DNA from: Thermoplasmata archaeon
GTDB lineage: Archaea > Thermoplasmatota > Thermoplasmata > Lutacidiplasmatales > UBA184
Length of the DNA stretch: 64,000 bases
Assembly: GCA_028864975.1 (NCBI GenBank)
Contig: JAGWLG010000002.1
Coordinates: 101,600 to 165,599 of the forward strand
Direction of reading: 5' to 3'
This document shows, in pieces, positions 1 through 8,678 of the stretch. Positions within the stretch are counted from its first letter, which is position 1. Each line of letters begins with the position of its first letter. The position numbers and the translations under genes are program-made. Under the pieces are notes generated by a model, which saw nothing but the letters and a program-made list of their open reading frames with translations, ran no database searches and had not been told where the DNA came from.

Positions 1-585
1 TGGGACCGGCTCCAGAAGGGCAAGATCCGACCTGAGGACTGCGGGTTCCCCGGCGCACATGTGGCCGCCTACGGGCAGAAGCTCCCCGACCCGCTCTTCG
101 AGTTCACCACCAAGCTCGAGCCGGTGGACCGCCTCCTTACCCCGTCCGAGGCGTTGGAAGTTGGAGGAGTGACCAAGAAGGACATCTCCGACATCGAGGA
201 GATGATCCTCAAGATCGATGGGGCGATGCAGCGGGCCATCTCCCCGCGCGGGCTCCTCCACGTCGACGGGAAGAAGGAGTTCGCCTTCGACGAGCATGGG
301 AAGGTCATGGTCGTCGACACCTTCGGTACAGCGGACGAGGACCGGTTCTGGGAGAAGGACGCCTACGAGCGGGGGCGATTCGAGGAGTTCTCGAAGGAGT
401 TCGTCCGGCAGCACTACCGACACCTGGGCTACTACGACAACCTCCAGGCCGCCCGTGCCGCGGGCAAGGCCGAACCCGACATTCCGTCCCTTCCCCCCAA
501 TCTGGTCCAAGAGGTGAGCAAGCTCTACACCACCGTTTTCGAGCGGCTCACCGGTGAGCGGTTCCACCCCGGTGGCAAGGCGTGA
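1..585 (+). CDS. purC: SAICAR synthase (phosphoribosylaminoimidazole-succinocarboxamide synthase), C-terminal part; 5' end off-window
   Basis: Frame 1 is open from nt 1 to the stop at 583-585. LLHVDGKKEFAFDEHGKVMVVDTFGTADEDRFWEK matches the conserved PurC C-terminal half. Confidence 0.8.
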   Translation, partial: WDRLQKGKIRPEDCGFPGAHVAAYGQKLPDPLFEFTTKLEPVDRLLTPSEALEVGGVTKKDISDIEEMILKIDGAMQRAISPRGLLHVDGKKEFAFDEHGKVMVVDTFGTADEDRFWEKDAYERGRFEEFSKEFVRQHYRHLGYYDNLQAARAAGKAEPDIPSLPPNLVQEVSKLYTTVFERLTGERFHPGGKA

Positions 586-645
586 GCAGCAACCCGGCGG
601 CGCCGGGTGGCTCACCTAGCACCGTTTCACGACCTCCCCTGCGAC

Positions 646-653
646 CTTTTAAG
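646..653 (+). promoter_or_regulatory. TATA-like box (CTTTTAAG) upstream of radA
   Basis: Only AT-rich octamer in the purC-radA spacer, about 57 nt before ATG 707. A GGAAGTGA Shine-Dalgarno-like element lies just upstream of the ATG. Confidence 0.25.
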
Positions 654-706
654 GGCCGCCCGCGGGTTCCGGACGAATCGCCGACGCGATCGCCGGAAGT
701 GACAAC

Positions 707-3244
707 ATGAGCGCCAAGGCCACCAAGCCCGCCACCGACGAGAAGGCCGAAGAAGAAGAGACGAAGGTCGAGTTCGAGGACCTTCCCGGGGTGGGGGCCA
801 CCACCGCGGAGAAGCTCCGCGAAGCGGGCTACGGGGACATGATGGAGCTCGCCGTCGCGTCTCCGGACGACATCGCGGCGGCCGCGGACATCGGCGAAGG
901 CATCGCGCAGAAGATCATCGTCGAGGCGCGCAAGCGCGCCAAGGTCGGGGGGTTCGAGAGCGGCACCGATATCCTGGAGCGGAGGAAGAGGATCGGCAAG
1001 GTCACGACGATGTCCAAGAACCTGGACGAGCTCTTGGGGGGAGGCATCGAGACCCAGGCCATCACGGAGGTCTATGGGGCTTTTGGGAGCGGCAAGTGCA
1101 CGCACCCTGGCACGCCAGTCCTTTACTTCAATGACTCGGTGGCCCACCTCGAACCCATCGGGGAGATCTACGCGAAGTACGCCGCCAAGTTCGGAGAGAT
1201 CCCCTTCGATGGTGGATGGGCTGTCCCGGTCGACTGCGTTCAGGTGGCGGGACTGACCGAGTCAGGAGTCCAGCGCGTTCGGGCCTCCCATCTCTACCGG
1301 GAGAAGGTCGCTCGGCTGATCCGGATCAAGACCGCACGCGGTCGTACGTTGGAGATCACTCCGCCGCACAAGTTGGTGTCCATCACCACGGAGGGGGTCT
1401 CGTGGGTCCCCGCGGCTAAGCTGGCTCCGGGATGCCCCATCGCTACCCCGCGAACGCTGCAGGCCCGATCCGCCGAGGATCATCCCAACATGGTCGACGA
1501 GGACGACGCCTTCTTCCTAGGTCTCTACGTTTCGGAGGGGGATCCCATCGGGATCACGAACACCGACCTTCGTCTCATCAAGTGGGTGGAGAGCTACATC
1601 GAAGGGAAGTTCGGTCATTCACCCCGGGTTTCGGTCGGGCACGGGCGCCCCCTGCCGGCGTTCCGAGTCCTTCTTCGTAAGCCCGTCCGCACTTTTCTGG
1701 GCGATCTTGCGACTCAGCGATCGGCGACCAAGCGGGTCCCTGCCAGCGTCCTTGGTGGGAGCGATGGCGTGGTGAGGTCCTTCCTCGCCGGATACATCGA
1801 AGGCGACGGATGTATCCAGCCCCTTCACACCGAGGTCGACACCGCGAGCGCCGGTCTGGCCCGAGATGTCGCCTACCTCTTCGCGCGCATCGGCATTCAG
1901 TCGAGCACTCGCGTCCGCCAGGTCAAGGGAAAGCCGTACTGGCGGGTGTCGGTCGTTGGGGAAGACCGCTCGAGGATCCGATCCCTCCCTCTTCGCTTCA
2001 AGCAATGGCCGAGTACCCTGCCCTACACCTCGGCCTATGGGTTTCCGACACCGACCATCGAGGTCCTTCAAAGGATCTACCGTCAGGGTCTTGGTGGCCA
2101 CCGCGGACGGAAGCAGAAGCGCGTTGGAAGGGCGCGGAACCGCAACGACCGTTTCTACCACGTCTTGGTAGAAGAGCGTACCAAATCTGACACCCTTAAT
2201 GAGGCGACCTTCCGAGCCATCGCTGAGACCTTCCTCGAGGGGAGGGCAAGGCTCGAGCGGGCGCAGAGGCTGACCACCCGACTGGACCACCTCGACCTGC
2301 GCGAGTTCGCGCGCTTGTTCGACCTGCTGCCGCAGGCGTTCTCTGCCTATGCGGAGAGGGCAGGGATCTCAAGATCCGTGTCTCAGAACTGGCGCCGCCG
2401 AGGCGTCTCCCCGAACCGCGATCTCGAGCCTCTCAAGGCAATCATGACCGAGGACCTCTCGAGAAGGATCTCGATCCTTTCGCAGGGGCTCGCTCAGATG
2501 AAGAACATCCACTCGTTCGCGTGGGATATCATCGTTTCCGTGGAGCACGTCCCGTACGACGGCTTCGTCTACGACCTAACGGTCCCGGAAGGGCACACCT
2601 TCGTCGCCGGCGAAATGCCGACGATCATGCACAACACTCAGCTCGCTTTGCAAGTGTCCTCCTCGATCCAGCTCCCCGTGGATCAAGGTGGACTGGAGGG
2701 GGAGGCGGTCTGGATCGACACCGAGAACACCTTCCGCCCGGAGCGTCTCACCGAGATGGCCAAGGCGGCGGGTTTGGACCCCGCCGAGGCCCTGAAGAAG
2801 GTCCACGTGGCTCACGCCTTCAACGCGAGCCACCAGGAGCTGCTGGTCCCGAAGGCCTTCGAGCTCGCCCGCCAGAAGCCCGTTCGTCTGCTCGTCGTGG
2901 ACTCGCTCACGGCGCATTTTCGAGCCGAGTTCCTGGGGAGAGGCGCGCTCGCCGAACGCCAGCAGCGCCTCAATCGCCACATGCACGAGCTGCTCCGCTT
3001 CGGCGACGTCTTCAACGCGGCGATCATCTGCACGAACCAGGTCTCGTCCCGTCCCGATGTCCTTTTTGGCGACCCCACCGGCCCGATCGGGGGGAACATC
3101 GTCGGCCACACGGCGACGTACCGGGTGTACATGCGGAAGTCGAAGCCCCCGCGCCGCATCGCTCGGCTCGTCGACTCCCCGAACCTTCCCGAAGGAGAGG
3201 CGATCTTCTCCGTCCTGCCCGAAGGGATCCGCGACGCGGGCTGA
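707..3244 (+). CDS. radA: DNA repair and recombination protein RadA, intein-containing precursor
   Basis: N-terminal HhH ([17 protein letters not shown]). Walker A GAFGSGK is interrupted, then resumes TQLALQ. RecA core motifs are [21 protein letters not shown] and [17 protein letters not shown]. Exteins sum to about 332 aa. Confidence 0.95.
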   Translation: MSAKATKPATDEKAEEEETKVEFEDLPGVGATTAEKLREAGYGDMMELAVASPDDIAAAADIGEGIAQKIIVEARKRAKVGGFESGTDILERRKRIGKVTTMSKNLDELLGGGIETQAITEVYGAFGSGKCTHPGTPVLYFNDSVAHLEPIGEIYAKYAAKFGEIPFDGGWAVPVDCVQVAGLTESGVQRVRASHLYREKVARLIRIKTARGRTLEITPPHKLVSITTEGVSWVPAAKLAPGCPIATPRTLQARSAEDHPNMVDEDDAFFLGLYVSEGDPIGITNTDLRLIKWVESYIEGKFGHSPRVSVGHGRPLPAFRVLLRKPVRTFLGDLATQRSATKRVPASVLGGSDGVVRSFLAGYIEGDGCIQPLHTEVDTASAGLARDVAYLFARIGIQSSTRVRQVKGKPYWRVSVVGEDRSRIRSLPLRFKQWPSTLPYTSAYGFPTPTIEVLQRIYRQGLGGHRGRKQKRVGRARNRNDRFYHVLVEERTKSDTLNEATFRAIAETFLEGRARLERAQRLTTRLDHLDLREFARLFDLLPQAFSAYAERAGISRSVSQNWRRRGVSPNRDLEPLKAIMTEDLSRRISILSQGLAQMKNIHSFAWDIIVSVEHVPYDGFVYDLTVPEGHTFVAGEMPTIMHNTQLALQVSSSIQLPVDQGGLEGEAVWIDTENTFRPERLTEMAKAAGLDPAEALKKVHVAHAFNASHQELLVPKAFELARQKPVRLLVVDSLTAHFRAEFLGRGALAERQQRLNRHMHELLRFGDVFNAAIICTNQVSSRPDVLFGDPTGPIGGNIVGHTATYRVYMRKSKPPRRIARLVDSPNLPEGEAIFSVLPEGIRDAG
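1097..2635 (+). mobile_element. Intein (513 aa) with LAGLIDADG homing-endonuclease domain, inserted in the RadA P-loop
   Basis: In-frame insert starts with Cys (TGC 1097-1099) right after GSGK. It ends ...[12 protein letters not shown] (AAC 2633-2635) followed by Thr +1. Block B-like ITPPHKL is present, with two LAGLIDADG motifs ([22 protein letters not shown]). Confidence 0.9.
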
Positions 3245-3254
3245 CCCCGTTCGA

Positions 3255-4811
3255 TCACGCCCCGAACGAGCGCAAGCGTCGAAGGAGCGCCCCCGTGCCC
3301 AACGGGGTGCCGCTGGTCTCGTTGACCTGCGCTACCCAGTCCTGGGTGATCCCAGGACGGAACCAGTTCCGGGTCAGCCACGGGGCAACCCGGGGGTTGG
3401 GCCAGGTGTCGCCCCCGATGTCGCGGAGCATCCCTTCCCGCACCTGAGAGGCAAAGAGCCAGGCGAAGAGGTAGCTCTTGGCGTAGAGGCCGTACTGGAC
3501 CCAGATCCCATCGCCGAACGAGGCAGGGACCGACGTTGGCAGGTAGCCCTCGTACGCTCGTTGCAGGCGCGCGAACGTCGAGACCAGGTCCCCTGTCGGC
3601 CGACGGTAGAGTTCGAGCTCCTGCTCCACCCAAAGGGCGGTGTACCCCACGGAATCTGGCCATCCCACGGCACGGTCCGCGATGAGGCGATCGATCGAGG
3701 CCCGAGGCAGGCCGGTTCGCGTGGAGAGCCAGGCCGCCTCTCCCGAGATCTCCTCGAAGAGGCCACCGACCCCTTCCGACATGCCGGCGTTCCCGGGGAG
3801 CGTCTCGTACCCGCGCAGGAGGTGCGTGGGGGCCCGCGTCAAGCTCGCGTGGACGGCGTGTCCGAGCTCGTGCATCAGGATCCCATACCAGACCCAGCCG
3901 CCCTGCGGATTCACGACGACCCGGACGTCTTGGGGAATGGTCGGAGCGTAGCACAGGCCCCCCGCACTGATCGCGTGCCGGTCGATGCGAAGGTGGTAGC
4001 GTTCAGGATGGAAGCCCCACCCTCGCAGGGCTCCCATCGCGGCCGAGAGCATCCCTCGTCCAGGGAAGTATCGGTCCACCGCGGGCGGCTTTCGCAGCTC
4101 GAAGGCGCGCGGGAGGTCCCAGGGGTACCAGCCTCGTTCCCCTTTCGCATCCTCGAAATCGTCCCGCACCCTCCGGGCCGCCGGGCGGCCGATGGCCTTC
4201 AGCGAGACGATGAACCGTTCGAGCTGGGCGCGCGAGACCCCCTCTTGGGAGAGCCTCAGTTCGACGAAGGAGGGGAAGCCGAGCTCGTGGGCCCGAGCAT
4301 TGCGGAGCTCGGCCAGCTTTCGTATCCCCGGCTCCAGAGTGGCCAGAGAGCGCTGCGATGCCTCCCAGAGCCTCTGGCGTTCCCTTCTCTCTTCCGCCTT
4401 CCGCAGTAGCTCTCCGACACGGTGCAACGGCAGGAGTCGTCCGCGGTAGCGGACCCGAAGACTGGCGTCCCTGCGGAGGAGATCGTTGCGGAGACGGACA
4501 ATCGGGGTGTCGTGCTCGACCTGGACGTCCTCGGCCGCGCGCCGAAGGAGGGCGACGCGTCGCTCGAGCAGACGCGGGAGGGGTCGGGAGAGAGCCTCGT
4601 CCGCGAATCGAACAAGTTCCGGACCTCCGAGCAGGCGGGCCCGCGCCATCTCCCACCGCTCGGGATGAGCTGAACGGCCCATGGCCACGCCCCACTGGGC
4701 GAGGAGGATGCCGCGGTCGAGGGGGGCCAACGCGGACTCGAGCCGGTCCATGAAGCGACCCACCTCGGTCGTGGAAGCGGACCGGCCGGACGGAGGGGAG
4801 AGAGGGACCAT
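3255..4811 (-). CDS. M3-family zinc metallopeptidase (oligoendopeptidase F-like)
   Basis: HEXXH site ILMHELGHAVH with a downstream Glu-rich segment (MSEGVGGLFEE). Length and layout resemble PepF-type enzymes. Alternative start at Met21 (4751). Confidence 0.7.
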   Translation of the reverse strand: MVPLSPPSGRSASTTEVGRFMDRLESALAPLDRGILLAQWGVAMGRSAHPERWEMARARLLGGPELVRFADEALSRPLPRLLERRVALLRRAAEDVQVEHDTPIVRLRNDLLRRDASLRVRYRGRLLPLHRVGELLRKAEERRERQRLWEASQRSLATLEPGIRKLAELRNARAHELGFPSFVELRLSQEGVSRAQLERFIVSLKAIGRPAARRVRDDFEDAKGERGWYPWDLPRAFELRKPPAVDRYFPGRGMLSAAMGALRGWGFHPERYHLRIDRHAISAGGLCYAPTIPQDVRVVVNPQGGWVWYGILMHELGHAVHASLTRAPTHLLRGYETLPGNAGMSEGVGGLFEEISGEAAWLSTRTGLPRASIDRLIADRAVGWPDSVGYTALWVEQELELYRRPTGDLVSTFARLQRAYEGYLPTSVPASFGDGIWVQYGLYAKSYLFAWLFASQVREGMLRDIGGDTWPNPRVAPWLTRNWFRPGITQDWVAQVNETSGTPLGTGALLRRLRSFGA

Positions 4812-4865
4812 GTCCCGGTCAGAAGGAGGGCGAGAAGAAGCTCTCCCTCGACCGCCGGCGGTGGG

Positions 4866-4873
4866 CTAATATC
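4866..4873 (+). promoter_or_regulatory. TATA-like box (CTAATATC) for the AIM24 operon
   Basis: Centre lies about 40 nt upstream of GTG 4909. The same spacing is seen at several other genes in this window. Confidence 0.3.
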
Positions 4874-4908
4874 CCCCACCGCCGCTCGCCCACCTCAAGG
4901 TCGCGCTC

Positions 4909-5556
4909 GTGCAGCTGGAGACGCTCAAGGGGATCGTGCCCGCCGTGCTGGCGACGCTCGGACCCCAGGAGGCGGTCTACTGCGAGCATGGCATCATGTT
5001 GTACAAGGACCCCACCGTGGGGGTCGGCCGTAAGACGATCAAGTCCGGCGGCATGTTCGGCGCGCTCAAGCGCGAGACCGTGGGAGGGATCCCCTTCTTC
5101 CTCGCCGAGTTCGTCGGTCCTGGCTCCGTCGCCTTCTCCCGAGATGGGGTGGGCGAGATCCGCGAGATCGAGCTCGCCCCCGGGGAGGTCCTGGACGTGG
5201 CGGAAGGGTCGCTTCTCTGCGCCGAGAACCGCATTCCCTACGACATGTTCTACGTCTCGGGCACGCACCGCCCCGGACGGATGGTGGGGTTCTGGATGGA
5301 CCGGCTCACCGGACCTGGGTGGGTCGCGCTGCACGGCTTCGGGAACATCATCTCCATGTCCCTCGCCCCCGGCGAAAAGATGACCTGCGACTACGGGGCC
5401 CTGCTCTGGAAGAGCGCGAGCGTCCAAGCGAAGTCCCTGAACCTTCCGTTCGGCGGCGGCCTTCTGGGGAAGCTTGAGTCCTACGAGGTCTTGGAGCTCA
5501 TTGGCCCGGGGAAGGTGGCGCTCCAGAGCGTCGACCCGAAGAAGCCGCACAGCTGA
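4909..5556 (+). CDS. AIM24/TIGR00266 (DUF124) family protein, paralog 1
   Basis: PAVLATLGPQEAVYCEHGIMLYKD, GGIPFFLAEFVGPGSVAF and FWMDRLTGPGWVALHGFGNIISMSLAPGEKM fit the AIM24 beta-rich family pattern. GTG start. Confidence 0.8.
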   Translation: MQLETLKGIVPAVLATLGPQEAVYCEHGIMLYKDPTVGVGRKTIKSGGMFGALKRETVGGIPFFLAEFVGPGSVAFSRDGVGEIREIELAPGEVLDVAEGSLLCAENRIPYDMFYVSGTHRPGRMVGFWMDRLTGPGWVALHGFGNIISMSLAPGEKMTCDYGALLWKSASVQAKSLNLPFGGGLLGKLESYEVLELIGPGKVALQSVDPKKPHS

Positions 5557-5588
5557 GGACCCTCCACGAGGAAGCAGGAGAACGAGCC

Positions 5589-5768
5589 ATGCCGATACCG
5601 GAAGAGTTCACGAAGAAGCGGACCGAAGTGACGATCAGCCGTGCGGTGCTCAAGGAGATCAACTGCAAGAGCTGCGGGGCGAAGATCGACCCGGCCAATA
5701 TCAAGGGCGGCTACGCTCGCTGCTCCTACTGCGGCGGAACCTACAACCTCGACGTCCAGGGAGCGTAG
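5589..5768 (+). CDS. Small zinc-ribbon protein (59 aa), below the ORF-track size cutoff
   Basis: ATG 5589 is preceded by AGGAG (5576-5580). Translation is MPIPEEFTKKRTEVTISRAVLKEINCKSCGAKIDPANIKGGYARCSYCGGTYNLDVQGA, with CxxC...CxxC. TAG at 5766-5768. It fills the gap between AIM24 paralogs 1 and 2. Confidence 0.55.
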   Translation: MPIPEEFTKKRTEVTISRAVLKEINCKSCGAKIDPANIKGGYARCSYCGGTYNLDVQGA

Positions 5769-5780
5769 GGGGGGTCTCTC

Positions 5781-6431
5781 GTGAAGGCCGACACGGTCGG
5801 GGGGATCACCCCTGCGGTCCTGGTCCAGCTGCGGCCCGGCGAGAAGGTCCTCGCGGCCCACGAGATCATGCTCCACATGGACGGGGAGGTCAAGCTCCAC
5901 CGCAAGACGCTGAAGCATCTGGGGGTCTCCACGGCCCACCTGATGTCGATGCGGGCCAAAGGGGACTCGGAAGAGAACTACTTCTTCGCCGAGTTCGAAG
6001 GCCCGGGGAACGTCACCTTCTCGCGCGACAAGGCCGGGGAGGTACGGATCCTCCAGCTGGCCCCCGGCCAGGCGATCCGGCTGCGCTCGGGCCATCTCAT
6101 CTGCTTCGACGAGACGGTTCGGTACTTCCCCATGGTCGTCGCACGTTGGGTGGTGAAGAAGGGGAACGACCAGGAGACGGAGTACATCTTCGCGGATGAG
6201 CTCACGGGACCTGGTACGGTCGTCTTCCAGTCACACGGGAACATCCTCTCCTTCAACCTTCAGCCGGGGGAGGCCATGCGCACCTCTACCGAGGGGTGGC
6301 TAGCGAGTGCGCCCACCACCCAGGTCAACGTGACGTGGTTCGCCCCACGCATGGGGGGGGTGGGGGTGAATCCCCGGCCGGTCCTTCACCTGGTGGGGCC
6401 AGGCTCCGTCATGGTCCACAGCGGGGTGTAG
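5781..6431 (+). CDS. AIM24/TIGR00266 family protein, paralog 2 (most divergent)
   Basis: PAVLVQLRPGEKVLAAHEIMLHMD, YFFAEFEGPGNVTFS and LTGPGTVVFQSHGNILSFNLQPGEAM align with paralogs 1 and 3. GTG start 12 nt after the zinc-ribbon stop. Confidence 0.75.
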   Translation: MKADTVGGITPAVLVQLRPGEKVLAAHEIMLHMDGEVKLHRKTLKHLGVSTAHLMSMRAKGDSEENYFFAEFEGPGNVTFSRDKAGEVRILQLAPGQAIRLRSGHLICFDETVRYFPMVVARWVVKKGNDQETEYIFADELTGPGTVVFQSHGNILSFNLQPGEAMRTSTEGWLASAPTTQVNVTWFAPRMGGVGVNPRPVLHLVGPGSVMVHSGV

Positions 6432-6433
6432 CG

Positions 6434-7090
6434 ATGCAGGTGAACGTCCAAGGGAACTTCGTCCCCGTCGCCCTGGTCCAGCTCAACCCCGGCGAGGAGA
6501 TCTTCTGCGAAGGGGGGCTCATGGTCTACGCCGACCCCTCCATCCAGATGAGCATCCGCCCGTTCACCCAGGGGGGGATGGGCCAGACCCTGCGACGGAC
6601 CCTGGTCGGCGGGGTCCCGTTCTGGATGCACGTCTTCCACGGACCGGGGTATGTCGCGTTCAGCCGGTTCGGTCCTGGGGAGATCCGGGTGCAAGAGTTG
6701 GCCCCGGGACAGGTCGTCGACATCGCCGAGCACTCCCTCCTTCTCGCGTCGAACACGGTGCGCTACGACACCTACTACGTGGCCGGGACGGGGCGCATCG
6801 GGAGGATGGTCGGGTTCTGGATGGACCGGCTGACCGGCCCCGGCACGATCGTCTACCACGGCCACGGCGACATCCTGGGATTCGACCTCAAGCCAGGAGA
6901 GTCGATGCAGATCGACCATGGTGGGCTCCTCCGCAAGGATGCTACGGTGCAGATCCGGGCGTTCAACCAGCCTCTGGGCCAGGGGCTGATGGGGCACGCG
7001 ATGAGCTTCGAGGCCCTCCAGGTGGATGGCCCTGGGCGTCTCGAGCTGCAGACCGTGGACCCGACGCACCGTGGGGCGGGGGGCGGTTAG
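6434..7090 (+). CDS. AIM24/TIGR00266 family protein, paralog 3
   Basis: ATG 6434 lies 2 nt after the paralog 2 stop. Motifs are PVALVQLNPGEEIFCEGGLMVYAD, GGVPFWMHVFHGPGYVAFS and FWMDRLTGPGTIVYHGHGDILGFDLKPGESM. The track ORF 6296.. carries an out-of-context 5' extension. Confidence 0.8.
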   Translation: MQVNVQGNFVPVALVQLNPGEEIFCEGGLMVYADPSIQMSIRPFTQGGMGQTLRRTLVGGVPFWMHVFHGPGYVAFSRFGPGEIRVQELAPGQVVDIAEHSLLLASNTVRYDTYYVAGTGRIGRMVGFWMDRLTGPGTIVYHGHGDILGFDLKPGESMQIDHGGLLRKDATVQIRAFNQPLGQGLMGHAMSFEALQVDGPGRLELQTVDPTHRGAGGG

Positions 7091-7133
7091 CCCACCCGGG
7101 CCGCCCATCCTCCCCTCCCCCACGCTTAAGGCG

Positions 7134-8678
7134 ATGGCTCGTGACCCCCGGTCCATGAGCGGCCCGGTGGTCTTGGATGGCAACCACCTCACACTCTCGG
7201 ACGTGGTGAGCGTCGCGCGCCAAGGACGGCCGGTGGAGATCTCCGCGGAGGCCCGGGCCAGGATGGAGAAGGCCCGGGCCGCAGTCCTCCACATTGTCTC
7301 GGACGGGAGGCCAGTTTACGGGGTGAACACCGGCTTCGGACGCCTATCGGACCGAATCGTTCCCAAGGAACAGCTGCCCGAGCTCCAGCGGAACCTGGTC
7401 CGCTCCCACGCGAGCGGGGTGGGACCCGACCTACCCCGAGAGCTGGTCCGGGCGATGATGCTCCTTCGGGCCAACAGTCTCGCCAAGGGGGTTTCCGGGG
7501 TACGGGTCGAGGTCGTGGAGACGCTCCTGGCCGCGCTCCACCACGATCTGGTCCCCGCCATCCCGGAGCAGGGCTCGGTCGGGGCCTCCGGGGACCTTGC
7601 CCCGCTCGCTCACCTTGCCTTGGCGTTGATGGGCGAGGGGGAGGTGATCGACGAGCGGGGGCACCGGATGCCCTCCTCCGGGGCCCTTGCGAAGGCGAAG
7701 GTCCCTCCGATCACGCTGGTCGAGAAGGAGGGGATCTCTCTCGTCAATGGAACCTGCCTGATGGCCTCCCAGCTCTCCTTCCTGGTCCATGACGGGGAGG
7801 CGTTGCTCCGAATCTCCGAGCTCGCCGCGGCCGTCTCCTTCGACGCCCTCAAAGGGAACGTTGGCGCCCTCGACCCGCGGCTGCACGAAGCCCGCAACCT
7901 CCCCGCCCAGAGCTCGGTCGCTGCCGAGATGCGCACCCTCCTCTCCGGGAGTTCACTGACCCGGGCCCCCGGCGACTACCAAGGGCAGGACCCCTACGTC
8001 CTCCGCTGCATCCCCCAGGTCCTCGGGGCCGTTCGCCTCGGCCTTTCCTGGGCGCGATCGGTGGCGGAAGGGGAGCTCAACGCGGCCTCGGACAATCCTC
8101 TCGTCTTCGACGGGGAGTTCCTCTCCGGCGGGAACTTCCACGGGCAGCCGCTCGCGCTCGCCCTCGATACCGTAGGCCTCGCCCTATCCTATCTAGGAAG
8201 CTTCAGCGAGCGGCGGACCGCCCGCTTGGTCGACGCGGACCTCTCCCGGGGGCTTTCCCCGTTCCTTTCCGCCTCCCCAGGGTTCTCTTCCGGGTACATG
8301 ATCCCCCCCTACGTGGCGGCGTCGCTGGTCGCGGAGGACCAGGTCCTGGTCCACCCCGCGAGCGCCGCCTCGCTCCCCACGTCGGCGAACCAGGAGGACT
8401 TCAACAGCATGGGTGCGACCGCGGGAAGGAAGGGGCTCCGGCTGCTCGAGAACCTCCGCAGGATCCTCGCGATCGAGCTCATGGTCGGGGTGCAGGCACT
8501 AGAGCAGCGGGGTCCCTCACGTGGCGGGAAGGGGAGCGAGACCGTTCGGGCCGCGGTCCGGACCCGTATCCCCCCCCTCACCGAAGACCGCCCCCCTGCC
8601 CCGGACATCGAGCGGCTCTACGAGGCCCTTCGCGAAGGGTCGTTCCTGGCTGACGTCGAGCGGAGCCTAGGGGCCTAG
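7134..8678 (+). CDS. hutH: Histidine ammonia-lyase (MIO-dependent aromatic amino-acid lyase family)
   Basis: YGVNTGFG, LQRNLVRSHASGVG and the MIO-forming GSVGASGDLAPLAHL motif. Start taken at ATG 7134 (MARDPRSMSGPVVLDG). Confidence 0.9.
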   Translation: MARDPRSMSGPVVLDGNHLTLSDVVSVARQGRPVEISAEARARMEKARAAVLHIVSDGRPVYGVNTGFGRLSDRIVPKEQLPELQRNLVRSHASGVGPDLPRELVRAMMLLRANSLAKGVSGVRVEVVETLLAALHHDLVPAIPEQGSVGASGDLAPLAHLALALMGEGEVIDERGHRMPSSGALAKAKVPPITLVEKEGISLVNGTCLMASQLSFLVHDGEALLRISELAAAVSFDALKGNVGALDPRLHEARNLPAQSSVAAEMRTLLSGSSLTRAPGDYQGQDPYVLRCIPQVLGAVRLGLSWARSVAEGELNAASDNPLVFDGEFLSGGNFHGQPLALALDTVGLALSYLGSFSERRTARLVDADLSRGLSPFLSASPGFSSGYMIPPYVAASLVAEDQVLVHPASAASLPTSANQEDFNSMGATAGRKGLRLLENLRRILAIELMVGVQALEQRGPSRGGKGSETVRAAVRTRIPPLTEDRPPAPDIERLYEALREGSFLADVERSLGA

